Origin: Candidatus Latescibacterota bacterium
Lineage (GTDB): Bacteria; Latescibacterota; UBA2968; UBA8231
Assembly: GCA_965223905.1 (NCBI GenBank)
Contig: CBDCXV010000011.1
Location: 1,824,001 to 1,888,000 of the forward strand
Length of the DNA stretch: 64,000 nt
Reading direction: 5' to 3'
Shown here: positions 50,733-61,212 of the stretch, piece after piece
How the letters are laid out: each line of letters starts with the position of its first letter
Numbering within the stretch: position 1 is the stretch's first letter
Notes under the pieces: model-generated
Database searches by the model: none
Told to the model about the DNA's origin: nothing
Seen by the model: the letters and a program-made list of their open reading frames with translations, nothing else
Made by a program: the position numbers and the translations under genes

Positions 50733-53060
50733 TCAGCGCACCCTGAACTCCGCCCGTCTCTCGGCTTCGTTGCCGCACCGGTCGCGGGCGGTGACGCGCA
50801 GCACGTGCCTTCCCGGCTGCAGGTCCGCCTCGGGCCGGTAGAGCAGCAGGCTGGCCTCCGGGTCGTACTCGAAAATCACCCCCATCCCATCGAGCTCCAT
50901 GACGAGGTCGGTCTCGGCGCCGATCCCCGAACCGGAGTCGGCGACCCTGGCCGAGAAGAGGCCCGGGCTGCGCTCCAGAACGGCGCCGCCGGGGGGGGTC
51001 AACCCGGAAATCGCCGGGGGAGTTTCGTCGGCGAGCACGGCGAACCGTCCGAGGTTCCTGACCTTGGCGCCGATCCGGGTCGATCCCCGGCTCAGCCGGT
51101 TGCCTGCGAACCCCCAGCCCCCCTTCCTCCCCTGCCTGTAGACGGCGAGCTTGCCGGGCGCATGGCCATCCTCCGGAACGCGGAATGTTACCTCGACATG
51201 CTTGTCGAAACTTGCCAGCACCGGGCCGAAGGCGTATCCGGGGCCGGTGCTCTTCAGCTCCTTCGTGCCGGACGTTGCGAATGGGGAGGCCTGGGGATAG
51301 ACGGGTCCATAGGCGCTTGTCGCGGCGAAGCGGAGGGAAACCGCGCCTTCGGCGAAACTCAGATCGACCGCTTCCCCCGGAACCGCGGGGCGCAGATTGA
51401 GCGGGATCTCGAGCCGCGCCGAGGGGCGGTCAGGAGGTGCCGCGACCAGCACGGGAACGGGGCCTGCGGGAAGGCCCGAAGCGCCCAGAAGACCGGCTGC
51501 TGCTCCCCGCAGGGCGCGCAGGTCCGCGGTCAGCTCGAATTGTCGAGGGCCTTCCTGGCGCACACGGAGGGCCGCGCCGGGAACGACCGGGCCCCGGGAG
51601 GCACCCGGGCCCTTTATCTCCAAGGAAACTGCAGGAGCCGCGGTCAGGTGCGCGTCGCTGGTCAAAACGACGGTGACGTACTCCCCGTGGGCCTGGACCG
51701 GCGCCGCGGTCAGCCGCGCCGAGGCAGCCGGCTCCGCGGTGAGGATCACGGCGTCGCGGCCGCCGGCCGGATCGCTTGCGGCCAGCTCCCAGACCGCCCC
51801 CGGACCCCCTCCCTCGAGGGCGAAGGAGTAGGGGCCGCCTCCCACCCGGACCTCCTGCCGCACGACCGGCCGCGCCTTTCCGCCTTCCATCGGGGACAGC
51901 GAAACGGTGACGCGGTCGTCGTCTGCATCGGCGATCTCCATCTCGGCGAAAAAGTGGTTTCCATCGGCGGCGAGAAGCCGCGGGCCGAGGATGGCGGGGT
52001 CGGCGTTGACCAGCAGCCGGCAGCGAGCCGTGGCCCTGTTGCCGGCGGCGTCGAACGACTCGATCTCCAGCAGGTGCGACCCCTTCCCCAGGACCGGTTC
52101 GGCCCCGCTCGCCGGTTCGCCGCCGCACTGCAGTATCCCGGCTGCTTCCCCTTTCGGACGGTAGAACGGCAGGCGGTTCCCCGGCAGGCGAAAGAGGTTG
52201 AAATAGGTGCGCAGGGCCCCGCCGGAGGGAATGCGGAAGCGATCGAGGCGCATCTGGTAGCCATCGGAGTAGGAGACCGAGGCGTAGCGCGCGGAAAACC
52301 GCTCGACCCCGTCGACGAGCAGGCGGTTGCCGAGCGGCGCCAGCTTGTTGGCGGCCGCGTCGGCGCGGTCGTACTCCTCGACGGCGATCCCGATCCTGCC
52401 GTAGACCCTCAACGGACCGGGGGCCGCGAACCTGCCCGCTTCCGCACCCGGACGCAGCTCCACCGAAACGGGGTGGGAGCGTCCGTTCACGCGGCTGGCG
52501 CTGTCCATCGGCACCAGGGCGATCCGCTGCAGGGTCGGTGCCTTCGTGTCGGTTACGGAGTAGCCGTGGAGCAGCGGGTTGACCGGGACGTTGCCGGCAT
52601 TGCGAATCTCCAGGTGCAGGTGGGGCGGTCCCGCACCGCTCTCGCCGCTGCGCGCGATCACCTCCCCGCGCGCGACCGGGAGCTCCCCCTCCCCGAACCA
52701 GAGGTCGATGCTGTACCTGCCCGCCTCCTGCTGCGCCGCATGTACCCGTTGCGCCAGCACCTTCGAGAACGACTCGAGGTGGGCGTAGACGGCGATCCGG
52801 CCGTCGCGGAGCTTCTGATACACGGCGCGGCCGTAGCCCCAGGGAGAGGTGCGGACGCGCATGACGTGCCCGGCGGCGACGGCCCGCACCTCGCACCCGG
52901 TCCGGCCCCAGGTCTTGAGATCGATGCCGGCATGAAACGCGGAGGACCGGGTTTCCCCGAAGGTCGAGGAGAGAGCGGGATCGAGGTCGAGCGGCCACAG
53001 AAGGGCAGGCTCGGCAGCGGCGGAACCGGGGCCGGCGGCGAGCATGACAGCCCCCGCCAT
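50733..53060 (-). CDS. M23 family metallopeptidase with a long C-terminal extension
   Basis: FGETRSSAFHAGIDL, YAHL, PHLHLEIR, VNPL. Confidence 0.85.
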   Translation of the reverse strand: MAGAVMLAAGPGSAAAEPALLWPLDLDPALSSTFGETRSSAFHAGIDLKTWGRTGCEVRAVAAGHVMRVRTSPWGYGRAVYQKLRDGRIAVYAHLESFSKVLAQRVHAAQQEAGRYSIDLWFGEGELPVARGEVIARSGESGAGPPHLHLEIRNAGNVPVNPLLHGYSVTDTKAPTLQRIALVPMDSASRVNGRSHPVSVELRPGAEAGRFAAPGPLRVYGRIGIAVEEYDRADAAANKLAPLGNRLLVDGVERFSARYASVSYSDGYQMRLDRFRIPSGGALRTYFNLFRLPGNRLPFYRPKGEAAGILQCGGEPASGAEPVLGKGSHLLEIESFDAAGNRATARCRLLVNADPAILGPRLLAADGNHFFAEMEIADADDDRVTVSLSPMEGGKARPVVRQEVRVGGGPYSFALEGGGPGAVWELAASDPAGGRDAVILTAEPAASARLTAAPVQAHGEYVTVVLTSDAHLTAAPAVSLEIKGPGASRGPVVPGAALRVRQEGPRQFELTADLRALRGAAAGLLGASGLPAGPVPVLVAAPPDRPSARLEIPLNLRPAVPGEAVDLSFAEGAVSLRFAATSAYGPVYPQASPFATSGTKELKSTGPGYAFGPVLASFDKHVEVTFRVPEDGHAPGKLAVYRQGRKGGWGFAGNRLSRGSTRIGAKVRNLGRFAVLADETPPAISGLTPPGGAVLERSPGLFSARVADSGSGIGAETDLVMELDGMGVIFEYDPEASLLLYRPEADLQPGRHVLRVTARDRCGNEAERRAEFRVR

Positions 53061-53164
53061 GAGAAGTGCCTTGATGAAATCGCCCTGGATTCGAGGTGCT
53101 GCAGCAATCCGGGCGCAGGTCCGGAACCGGCTGTTCGACAGGCTTCCTGGAACAGGCAAGGCAG

Positions 53165-53836
53165 CTACCGCGATCCGTCGGGGAACACCTCGAGGGCGAT
53201 GCGCTCGCCGTCCACCGACAGGTAGTGGAGCGGCTCCTCGGTCCAGGACCCGGTGTTGAGATAGCGCCGGCCGTCCCGGTGCATCTCCATGGCCGCGTGG
53301 GTATGGCCGCAGGTGACGGCGCGGTGGCCGCTCGATTCCGCCCTGCTGATCGCCTTCCCGGCCACGTGCTCGTTCAGTACGGCGTAGAGGAATCCCCACT
53401 TCTTGGCGTAGAGGGCGACGTGGACATCCGGCAGGCCGGCGAATACGAGAGCGCGGTGGAACAGCTTGAAGAGCGCCTTGAACAGGCGGTGGCGGGGCAT
53501 CACCTCGTCGAGGTCATGGCCGTGGACGACCAGCAGCTGCCCGATCTCCCACTGGTTTTCGAAGCGGATCCCGCCCGGGTCCGGCAGCACGAAATCGCGG
53601 TCGTGGTTGCCGCGCACCCAGATCACCGGGCGGCTGTGCGACTCGGCGACGAGGCGCCGCAGAACGGCGTCGTGCTCGGCGCAAAGGGGCTCGCCCGGAT
53701 CGTCGACAATGTCCCCGTTCAGGATCAGCGCCGCCTCGAAGGGCAGTTCGTCCAGCCAGGCGAGGAACTGGGTGTGGCAGAAGTGCCTGTCCCCGAGATG
53801 GAGGTCGCTGACGACGAAGGATACCGGGGCGGTCAT
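53165..53836 (-). CDS. Metallophosphoesterase, UDP-2,3-diacylglucosamine diphosphatase (LpxH-like) family
   Basis: SDLHLG, GDIVD, GNHD, HGH, GHTH, NTGSW. Confidence 0.8.
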   Translation of the reverse strand: MTAPVSFVVSDLHLGDRHFCHTQFLAWLDELPFEAALILNGDIVDDPGEPLCAEHDAVLRRLVAESHSRPVIWVRGNHDRDFVLPDPGGIRFENQWEIGQLLVVHGHDLDEVMPRHRLFKALFKLFHRALVFAGLPDVHVALYAKKWGFLYAVLNEHVAGKAISRAESSGHRAVTCGHTHAAMEMHRDGRRYLNTGSWTEEPLHYLSVDGERIALEVFPDGSR

Positions 53837-53879
53837 CGGTTTGCCGCCTCGAGGAGCAGCTTCGAAATTGGGGTGGCAA

Positions 53880-53922
53880 GACCTTCCGGACTCGCAATCC
53901 GGAAGGTCGCAATCGGGAAGGT
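53880..53922. repeat. Overlapping 11-bp inverted repeat and 15-bp tandem repeat in a divergent promoter region
   Basis: GACCTTCCGGA/TCCGGAAGGTC; TCGCAATC(C/G)GGAAGG twice. Confidence 0.7.
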
Positions 53923-53933
53923 TCTGGTGTTGC

Positions 53934-55460
53934 ATGCGGGATGTATCGGCGGCTGAATTGAATTACGCCACAGGTCTGGAAAGGCGCAAAGAACCTGCCT
54001 CCGGGGCGGTGCGCGCCGCTTTGCTCGAGCACCTTTCCCGCCTCCTGGCCGACCCGGGGGAGCGCGACGCCTTCGTCGATCACATGAGCTTTCCCGCTCC
54101 CCCTTCGGTTCGCGTCAATCCACTGATGCCGCAGGCGCCGCGGCTGCGGCAGGCCTGCGCCGCCACCGGCCGGGGAGTGCCCTGGTCGCCGGACGTCTTC
54201 GCCCTCGACGGCATGGAGGCCCGCCTCGGTACCGCTCTCGAGCACCTCCTCGGCGGCTGTTACATACAGGCCAAGGCGGCGACCTTCGCTGTTGCCGTCC
54301 TCGATCCCCAACCGGGAGAGCGCGTCCTCGATCTCGCCGCGGCCCCTGGCGGAAAATCGACCCAGATCGCCGCGGCCATGGAGAACAGCGGCCTGCTCGT
54401 CGCCAACGAGCCGAACCGCCGCCGCCTTTCGGCCCTGGCCGGCAACCTCGAGCGCTGCGGGGTGCACAACTGCGTCCTGACGCAGGCTCCGGGAACGGTG
54501 CTGGCCCGCTATTTCCACAACTGCTTCGACCGCGTCCTGCTCGACGTTCCCTGCAGCGGCGACGGGATCCTGCGCAAGGACGAGGGAGTGCTGCGCTACT
54601 GGTCCCCCGAAGACGCCGTCCGCAAGAGCCGGCAGCAGCTCGGCTTGGCGCGGGCGGCCTTTCACATGCTGCGGCCCGGCGGGACCCTAGTCTACTCCTC
54701 CTGCTCGCTGTCGACCGAGGAGAACGAGGACGTCCTGCTCGCCCTGCTGAGCACCTATCCGGAGCAGGCCGAGGTGACCCCGATCGACCAACCAGAACTC
54801 GGCCCCCCGCTTGCCGATGACGCCGCTTCCGCCTACCCGGACAGCTTTCGCGGCATGGCGCGCGTCTGGCCCCATCTCCAGCATACGGAAGGGGCCTGCG
54901 TCGCCCGGGTCCGCAAGCTGGCTGCAACCGAATGGAAGGTGGTCGAGGGGAACGCAGGCGGCCGCTTCGGGCCACCTGCACCTGTCGCGGACAGAAGTGC
55001 ACTCGACGGCCTGGAAGAGCGCTGGGGGTTCCGGGCTCCCCTCCCCGGAGACGGCACCCTGACTGCCGAGCCCAGGCACCTGCAGGTGCGGCCCCGGTCC
55101 TGGGAGGCCTTCGCCGGGCTTCCCTTTTACGTACGCAGCGGCATGAAGGTCGCCAGCATCCACAAGGGCCATCCCTACCTCACCCACCAGGCGGCGACCC
55201 TGTGGGGAGGCGGGATGACGCGCCGCCTGCTGCCGCTGGAGTGGGCGGACGTCCGCACCCTGTTCGCCGGCAGGGACGTCGATCTCGAAGGAAGGAAGGT
55301 GGATCCCGGGGAAGTGCTTCTCACCCATGGGCCGTGGTCGCTGGCGCGCGGCCTCGTGCGCGCCGACGGCAGCTTGACCGGGTTCCTGCCCAGGTCGCTG
55401 CGGACCGGGACTCTCACCAGGCTCCGCGACTGGGGCGGCGTCGAGCGGCCCCGGGCCTGA
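53934..55460 (+). CDS. RsmB/NOP (RsmF-like) RNA m5C methyltransferase
   Basis: DLAAAPGGKST, DVPCSGDG, YSSCSL..EENE. Start uncertain (53934 or 53958). Confidence 0.9.
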   Translation: MRDVSAAELNYATGLERRKEPASGAVRAALLEHLSRLLADPGERDAFVDHMSFPAPPSVRVNPLMPQAPRLRQACAATGRGVPWSPDVFALDGMEARLGTALEHLLGGCYIQAKAATFAVAVLDPQPGERVLDLAAAPGGKSTQIAAAMENSGLLVANEPNRRRLSALAGNLERCGVHNCVLTQAPGTVLARYFHNCFDRVLLDVPCSGDGILRKDEGVLRYWSPEDAVRKSRQQLGLARAAFHMLRPGGTLVYSSCSLSTEENEDVLLALLSTYPEQAEVTPIDQPELGPPLADDAASAYPDSFRGMARVWPHLQHTEGACVARVRKLAATEWKVVEGNAGGRFGPPAPVADRSALDGLEERWGFRAPLPGDGTLTAEPRHLQVRPRSWEAFAGLPFYVRSGMKVASIHKGHPYLTHQAATLWGGGMTRRLLPLEWADVRTLFAGRDVDLEGRKVDPGEVLLTHGPWSLARGLVRADGSLTGFLPRSLRTGTLTRLRDWGGVERPRA

Positions 55461-55716
55461 GGCGCCGATCCGATTGGCACTCTGTTTTTCCCTACGGGAC
55501 CCGGACCGCCCGTAAACGCCCGCTTTTCCGGCCAGGCCGGCAGGCCGCCCAGGGACCAGGTCTTCAGTGAGGTGTCTCCTAAGTGGCCCCTGCAATGGGT
55601 GCGGCCGGACCGGCGTAGAGGGCCGGAAGCAACCTGGACGGAAGGGGACCAGCCCATACCCCATCGGATGATGCGCAGAATCTCGCGATTCCGCGGCCCG
55701 GGTTCGAACGACAAGG

Positions 55717-55860
55717 AGGACGGAACATGGCCTGCTCACTGGTTTCCTGCCAGCAAGTAGCCCCATCCTGATATGGCTGGCCCGGATCCGCTTGCCCCAT
55801 TCTCCCGGGTCGAGCTGTGAACAGGACGGTACACGGCTGGCTCACGGGTTTTGTGCGAGC
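55717..55860. repeat. Degenerate 38-bp direct repeat (2 copies)
   Basis: 55717-55754 vs 55823-55860, 30/38 identical without gaps by manual count. Confidence 0.6.
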
Positions 55861-57028
55861 CGGAAGCAGCGGCCAGCCGCACACATTCGGCAACCCTGCC
55901 GCTCTCTGCGCCGGCAGCGGCGACACAAAATGGCAGCAGACTGAAACGAACCTCCTCCTCGTCCGGGTACCGGCGTTCCCGCGGCTGGTTTCCCTCCTTC
56001 TTCTGCTGTTCCAGGCCCCGGCCCTGACGCCGGCATCCGCCGGCGAGGGCCCTGCAGCCGAATGGCAGAAGGGGATCACCTTCACCCACCTGTACCGGCC
56101 GCACAACAACCTCCTGTCGGAGCGGTCCCGGCGATCGCTCGAACACCTGCGCTCGCGAGTGGGGGCCGAGTGGATCGCCCTCAACCCGTTCGGGTACCAG
56201 CGCGACGTCGACGATCCAAACGTCCTCTTCGGCGGCGATCCCCCCGACGCCCACCTGCGCCACGCAATCGCCGGCGCCCGCGAGCTCGGCCTCAAGGTGA
56301 TGCTCAAACCGCACGTCTGGCTGCACCACCAGAGCGCCGAACGCTGGCGGGGGACGATCGCCATGAACAGCGAGGAGGACTGGGAAGCCTGGTTCGAAAG
56401 CTACGGGAAATTCATCCTCCATTACGCCGCCCTCGCCGAGGCGGAGGACGTCGAGATCTTCTGCATCGGGGTCGAGCTGGCGCGCACCGCGATCGAGCGC
56501 GAGCAGGACTGGCGCGACCTCGTCGCCGAGATCAGGAAGCGCTACCGCGGGCCGCTGGTGTACGCGGCGAACTGGTGGCAGGAGTACGACCGCATCGGTT
56601 TCTGGGAGGCCCTCGACTACATCGGCGTCAACGCCTTCTTCCCGTTAAGCGACGTCCCCGATCCCTCCTCGGAGACGCTGCGCTCCAAGGCCGAGGCGGT
56701 CGCCGGGGAGCTCGCGCTGCTGCACCAGCGCACCGGCAAACCGGTGCTGTTCACGGAGGTGGGGTTCAAGAGCACGCGCGGCACAGGCATGCGGCCCTGG
56801 CAGTGGCCGCGGCGGTACGAGCCGGAAATCGACCTCGAGGCTCAGTCGCGCTGCTACGAGGCGGTGCTGCAGGTTTTCTGGAGCAAGCCCTGGTTTTCCG
56901 GGATGTATTGGTGGAAGTGGTTCAGCGACCTCGACCGCGGCGGCGCCTCCCACCCCGGGTTCACCCCGCGAGGAAAGCCGGCTGAGGCCGTCCTCGCGGA
57001 GTGGTACCGAAAACCGAAGCCGAGATGA
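55817..57028 (+). CDS. Glycoside hydrolase family 113-like TIM-barrel protein
   Basis: GLKVMLKPH, IGVEL, YAANW, DYIGVNAFFPL, KPVLFTEVG, WWKW; signal-like segment at ~55980. Start codon unclear. Confidence 0.8.
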   Translation: MNRTVHGWLTGFVRAGSSGQPHTFGNPAALCAGSGDTKWQQTETNLLLVRVPAFPRLVSLLLLLFQAPALTPASAGEGPAAEWQKGITFTHLYRPHNNLLSERSRRSLEHLRSRVGAEWIALNPFGYQRDVDDPNVLFGGDPPDAHLRHAIAGARELGLKVMLKPHVWLHHQSAERWRGTIAMNSEEDWEAWFESYGKFILHYAALAEAEDVEIFCIGVELARTAIEREQDWRDLVAEIRKRYRGPLVYAANWWQEYDRIGFWEALDYIGVNAFFPLSDVPDPSSETLRSKAEAVAGELALLHQRTGKPVLFTEVGFKSTRGTGMRPWQWPRRYEPEIDLEAQSRCYEAVLQVFWSKPWFSGMYWWKWFSDLDRGGASHPGFTPRGKPAEAVLAEWYRKPKPR

Positions 57029-57543
57029 ATCAGCGCAATCCTGCTGTTCCGGGGGCCTGAACGCCGGGGACGCCCGCTCAACTGGGAGCTGGTACTCCCC
57101 CGCCAGCTCCGCTTCGGTCCGGAACCGAGGGGTCTTGGGGACCGCCAGGGCCGCGGGATACACCAGGCCATGGACGAGGGAGGCGAAGCAGGCCCTTTGG
57201 GGTTCGCCCGAAACCGCGGCCCCTGGCCGGACTTCAGGATAACAGCTAAACCGACGAAGGGCCGCCCCCGCTTCCGGAACGTCTGAGCCGAGAGTTGAGA
57301 ATCGATCTGAGTCCGTAAAACAGGTCACCGGCTCCCTGAGTTCCAGCCCACCAGGGGAAAGCATTTCGTTTCCTGCGGAACATCTTTCCCACCCCGCCCG
57401 GCAGGCCTTCACCCGCGAGTTTCCACACACCCACCATATGCGGGGCCCCCTCCGGCCGGTCGCCCCCAGATCCGGAGGGCCTCCCCTGCAGCAGATCGCG
57501 TTGTTCCCCGAAACGGCGCTGGCCATCGGGGAGTCCCGGGACT

Positions 57544-57558
57544 TGGCACGCGGTTTGC
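57544..57558 (+). promoter_or_regulatory. Sigma54 (-24/-12) promoter
   Basis: TGGCAC-GCGGT-TTGC, full consensus match. Confidence 0.85.
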
Positions 57559-57569
57559 CGGAGGGTAAT

Positions 57570-57675
57570 CAGATCCATCCTCCCTGTGGTTCGGGATCCG
57601 AAGGCAGAGACTCCCCCTCGCATCCATCTGCTACTCCTCTCGCAGATGGAGCCTTCGGGTCCCGCATTTTTTTTT
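57570..57675 (+). ncRNA. Candidate sigma54-dependent small RNA with CU-rich anti-SD segments
   Basis: Bounded by the sigma54 promoter and a T9 run; 14-bp outer stem and 9-bp inner hairpin; no credible coding ORF. Confidence 0.65.
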
Positions 57676-58288
57676 ACGATTCCTGTCGCCAGGCGGGAAA
57701 CAGCTCCTGCCGGATCCCCAGCAGGTTGAGCACGCGGCCTGCCATGAAGTCGGCCAGATCGTCGAACGATTCGGGCTTCTGGTAGAAGGCCGGCATGGCG
57801 GGAACCACGGTGGCGCCGGCCTCGGCGAGCGCCGTCAGGTTGCGCAGCTGGATCAGGTTCAGCGGGGTCTCTCGCGGCACCAGGATCAACGGCCGCCGCT
57901 CCTTCAGGGCGACGTCGGCGGCGCGCTCGATCAGGTTGGAGGAGAAACCGCAGGCGATCGCGGCGAAGGTTTTGGCCGAGCAGGGAATGACCACCATCCC
58001 GTCCATCGCCACCGAGCCGCTGGCGAGCGCCGAGGTCAGGTCGTTGACTCCGTACTCGACGAGAGTGCCCGCAGCGACGCCGTCTCCGTACAGTCGCTGG
58101 AGAAACTGCTGCACCGACTCCTTGTCGGGCTTCAGGCCCATCTCCTCGTGCAGGATGTAGCGCCCGTACCGCGACAGTACCAGGTGGGCCTCATGGCCGC
58201 CCTGCAGCAGGGCGCGCAGGAAGCGGCAGGCGTAGATGCCGCCGCTCGCACCGGTGACGGCAACGGCGATTCTCCTGGTTTCACTCAT
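57674..58288 (-). CDS. ubiX: Flavin prenyltransferase UbiX
   Basis: [35 protein letters not shown]. Confidence 0.95.
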   Translation of the reverse strand: MSETRRIAVAVTGASGGIYACRFLRALLQGGHEAHLVLSRYGRYILHEEMGLKPDKESVQQFLQRLYGDGVAAGTLVEYGVNDLTSALASGSVAMDGMVVIPCSAKTFAAIACGFSSNLIERAADVALKERRPLILVPRETPLNLIQLRNLTALAEAGATVVPAMPAFYQKPESFDDLADFMAGRVLNLLGIRQELFPAWRQES

Positions 58289-60308
58289 CGGCTTCGCCTT
58301 GGCGGCTCCCGGTCCGATGCTGGTTCGCGGCGCCGGCCTGCAGGGTCTCGATGATGGCGTCGACGTCGTACACGCAGCCGCCCCAGGTGCCGCCGCCGAC
58401 GTTCTGCAGCGCCGCCCACAGCCTCGTGTCGTCAGGCAGTTCCTCCTCGGCGGCAAGGTCGGGGCGCGGCCGCCGCTGCCGCAGCACCTCTTCCCCGCGC
58501 CCGGCTCCGAACTCGACCCCGGCTTCCCCCACGAGGTCGAGACGGCCGCGCAGCGCGCGGGTGTCGATCTCGATGCCGACCAGGTCTCCGTCCCGCAGCT
58601 TGCCGAGCGGTCCGCCGCCGAGGGCCTCGGGTCCGATGTGGCCGACGCAGGCACCGGTCGAGAACCCGGAGAAACGCGCGTCGGTCAGCACCGCAACCCG
58701 GCTTCCGTAGTCGAGGTACTTCAGCGCCGTCGTCACCTGGGCGATCTCCTCCATGCCGGTGCCCAGGGGGCCGCAACTCAGCAGCACCATCACGTCCCCG
58801 GCCTCGATCCGCTGCGCCTTGAGGGCGGCGACTGCGGCGCGCTCGGTGGTGAAGATCTTCGCAGGACCGGTGTGCCGGTAGAAACCGTCTCCGTCGAGCA
58901 CCGCCGGGTCGATCGACGTGCTCTTCACCACCGATCCCTGCGGCGCCAGGTTGCCGCGCGGGAAGCAGACGGTGCTGGTCAGGCCTTTGCCGCGGGCCGC
59001 TTCCGGCGACATGATCACCTCGTCCGGGTCGACGCCGTCCGCGGCGCGCAACACCTCCCTGAAGCGGGCACGGCGCTCGCTGTTCTCCCACCAGTCGAGG
59101 TTCTCCCCGAGGGGCTTTCCGGTTGCGGTCAGGGCCTCTTCCTCGAGCAGGCCGAGGGCGCGCAGGTGCAGCATCACCTCCGGCACCCCTCCGGCCAGGA
59201 AGGCGCGCACGGTCGGGTGGTACTGCGGCCCGTTCGGCAGCACGTCGACGAGACGTGGCACCAGGCGGTTGAGGCGGTCCCAGTCCTCGACGGTGGGGCG
59301 CGGTCGCCCGGCGGCGTAGGCGATCGCCGGCACGTGCAGGATCAGGTTGGTCGAGCCGCCGAAGGCGGCGTGGGTGACCATGGCGTTGTGGAACGCCGCA
59401 TCGGTCAGCAGGTCCCGCGAGGCGATCCCGGCGCTTTCCAACGCCGTCACCGCCCGCGCGGTGCGCGTCGCCATGTCGTACCAGACCGGCTCCCCGGAAG
59501 GAGCGAGGGCGGCGTGCGGCAGGGTCAGCCCGAGCGCCTCGGCGACGACCTGCGAGGTCGCGGCGGTGCCGAGGAACTGGCAGCCGCCCCCGGCGGTGGC
59601 GCAGGCCCGGCAGCCGTAGTCGTTGACCTCGTCGATGGTGATCTCGCCGTGGGCCAGGCGCACCCCGACCGATTGGATCTTGCCGGCGTCCTCGCCGTGC
59701 TCCGGGGGCAGGGTGACCCCCCCGGGGATCACGGCGACCGGAAGGTCGCGGGTCCCGGCGAGGGCGATCAGCACTGCGGGCAGCCCCTTGTCGCAGGTTC
59801 CGACGCCGATGACGCCGCGGCGGGTCGGCAGCGAGCGGATCAGGCGCCTCATCACCAGGGCGGCGTCGTTGCGGTAAGGCAGGCTGTCGAACATCCCCGC
59901 GGTGCCCTGGGAGCGGCCGTCGCACGGGTCGGAGCAGTAGGCGGCGAACGGAATCCCCCCCAGCCGCCGGATCTCGCCGGCGGCCGCCTCCATCAGCAGC
60001 CCCACCTCCCAGTGCCCGGTGTGGTAGCCGAGGGCGACCGGGGAACCGTCCGGCGCCCTGATCCCCCCCATGGTGCTGATGATGAGGAACTCGTTGCGCC
60101 CGAGCTCGGAGGGGTCCCAGCCCATGCCGGCGTTCTGGCTGTAGGCGAAGATGTCGCCGCTCGGGGAGCCGATCACCTGCTCGATCTGCAGGGGCAGCTT
60201 GCCCTCCGGTCCGGGCGCCCGGGTGCGCACCTCGAATACGTCGTCTCGGGAGGGGGCCTCGACGATCTGCTCGAACCCCGGAAGCTGTCCGCTGGCGTTT
60301 CGCGTCAT
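58281..60308 (-). CDS. YjhG/YagF family sugar-acid (D-xylonate) dehydratase, IlvD/Edd superfamily
   Basis: [53 protein letters not shown]. Confidence 0.92.
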   Translation of the reverse strand: MTRNASGQLPGFEQIVEAPSRDDVFEVRTRAPGPEGKLPLQIEQVIGSPSGDIFAYSQNAGMGWDPSELGRNEFLIISTMGGIRAPDGSPVALGYHTGHWEVGLLMEAAAGEIRRLGGIPFAAYCSDPCDGRSQGTAGMFDSLPYRNDAALVMRRLIRSLPTRRGVIGVGTCDKGLPAVLIALAGTRDLPVAVIPGGVTLPPEHGEDAGKIQSVGVRLAHGEITIDEVNDYGCRACATAGGGCQFLGTAATSQVVAEALGLTLPHAALAPSGEPVWYDMATRTARAVTALESAGIASRDLLTDAAFHNAMVTHAAFGGSTNLILHVPAIAYAAGRPRPTVEDWDRLNRLVPRLVDVLPNGPQYHPTVRAFLAGGVPEVMLHLRALGLLEEEALTATGKPLGENLDWWENSERRARFREVLRAADGVDPDEVIMSPEAARGKGLTSTVCFPRGNLAPQGSVVKSTSIDPAVLDGDGFYRHTGPAKIFTTERAAVAALKAQRIEAGDVMVLLSCGPLGTGMEEIAQVTTALKYLDYGSRVAVLTDARFSGFSTGACVGHIGPEALGGGPLGKLRDGDLVGIEIDTRALRGRLDLVGEAGVEFGAGRGEEVLRQRRPRPDLAAEEELPDDTRLWAALQNVGGGTWGGCVYDVDAIIETLQAGAANQHRTGSRQGEADE

Positions 60309-60315
60309 GGATCGA

Positions 60316-61212
60316 TCACACCGGTTGCAGTCCCGGCCACTCGCCGAGAAGCAGGAGGTCGGCCAGGGTGAAGAGGAAGAAGACGATGCTGACGATGCTG
60401 TTCATCGTCATGAAGGCGGTGTTGACCTTGGTCAGGTCGTCGGGCCGCACCAGTCGGTGCTCGTGGAACAGCAGGGCGGCGATCAGCGCCACCCCGGCAA
60501 TGTAGAGCAGCTCGAGAGGCATCAGGGCTCCGAGGGCGAGCATGAAGAGGACGGCGAGGCCGTGAAGGCCGCGGGCGAAGCTCAGGGCGCCGCGCAGGCC
60601 GAAGCGAACCGGGATCGAGTGCAGGCCGCTGTCGCGGTCGAAGTCCCGGTCCTGGCAGGCGTAGAGGATGTCGAACCCCGCGACCCATGAGAGCACGGCG
60701 AGTCCGAGAACCAGGGGGGGAAGTGCGATGCCCCCGGTCACGGCGATCCAGGCCCCCACCGGGGCGAGCGCGAGACTGATGCCGAGCACGAGGTGGGAAA
60801 ACCAGGTGAAGCGCTTGGTCCAGGAGTAGAAGAAGACGACCCCGAGGGCCACGGGCGAGAGCACGAAGCAGAGCGGGTTGAGGTTGTACGCTGCCACGGC
60901 CAGGAGCACGGAGGAGGCGGAGACGAAGAGGGCCGCGGAGACGGCGGACATCGCTCCGCTCGGCAGCTCGCGGTTGCGGGTACGGGGATTGGCGGCGTCG
61001 ATGTGACGGTCGGCGACGCGGTTGAACCCCATGGCGGCGCTGCGCGCCGCGACCATGGCGACGACGATCCAGCCGGCCTGGCTCCAGGAGAAGCCGGAGG
61101 TCGCCGCGGCCAGGGCGGCCCCGCTCAGGGCGAACGGCAGCGCGAAGATGCTGTGCGAGAACCGGATCATGCGGCCGTACAGCCGTACCTGGGCGAGCGG
61201 GGACACGGTCAC
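60316..61212 (-). CDS. mqnP: UbiA-like polyprenyltransferase of the futalosine pathway
   Basis: [44 protein letters not shown]. Confidence 0.9.
   Translation of the reverse strand: MTVSPLAQVRLYGRMIRFSHSIFALPFALSGAALAAATSGFSWSQAGWIVVAMVAARSAAMGFNRVADRHIDAANPRTRNRELPSGAMSAVSAALFVSASSVLLAVAAYNLNPLCFVLSPVALGVVFFYSWTKRFTWFSHLVLGISLALAPVGAWIAVTGGIALPPLVLGLAVLSWVAGFDILYACQDRDFDRDSGLHSIPVRFGLRGALSFARGLHGLAVLFMLALGALMPLELLYIAGVALIAALLFHEHRLVRPDDLTKVNTAFMTMNSIVSIVFFLFTLADLLLLGEWPGLQPV

Noticed and set aside
56645-57526. 293-aa minus-strand ORF containing a PAFRPP motif
   Set aside because: Runs antisense through the GH113 gene, the motif is not C-terminal, and no co-directional downstream target exists; a shorter real peptide cannot be excluded.
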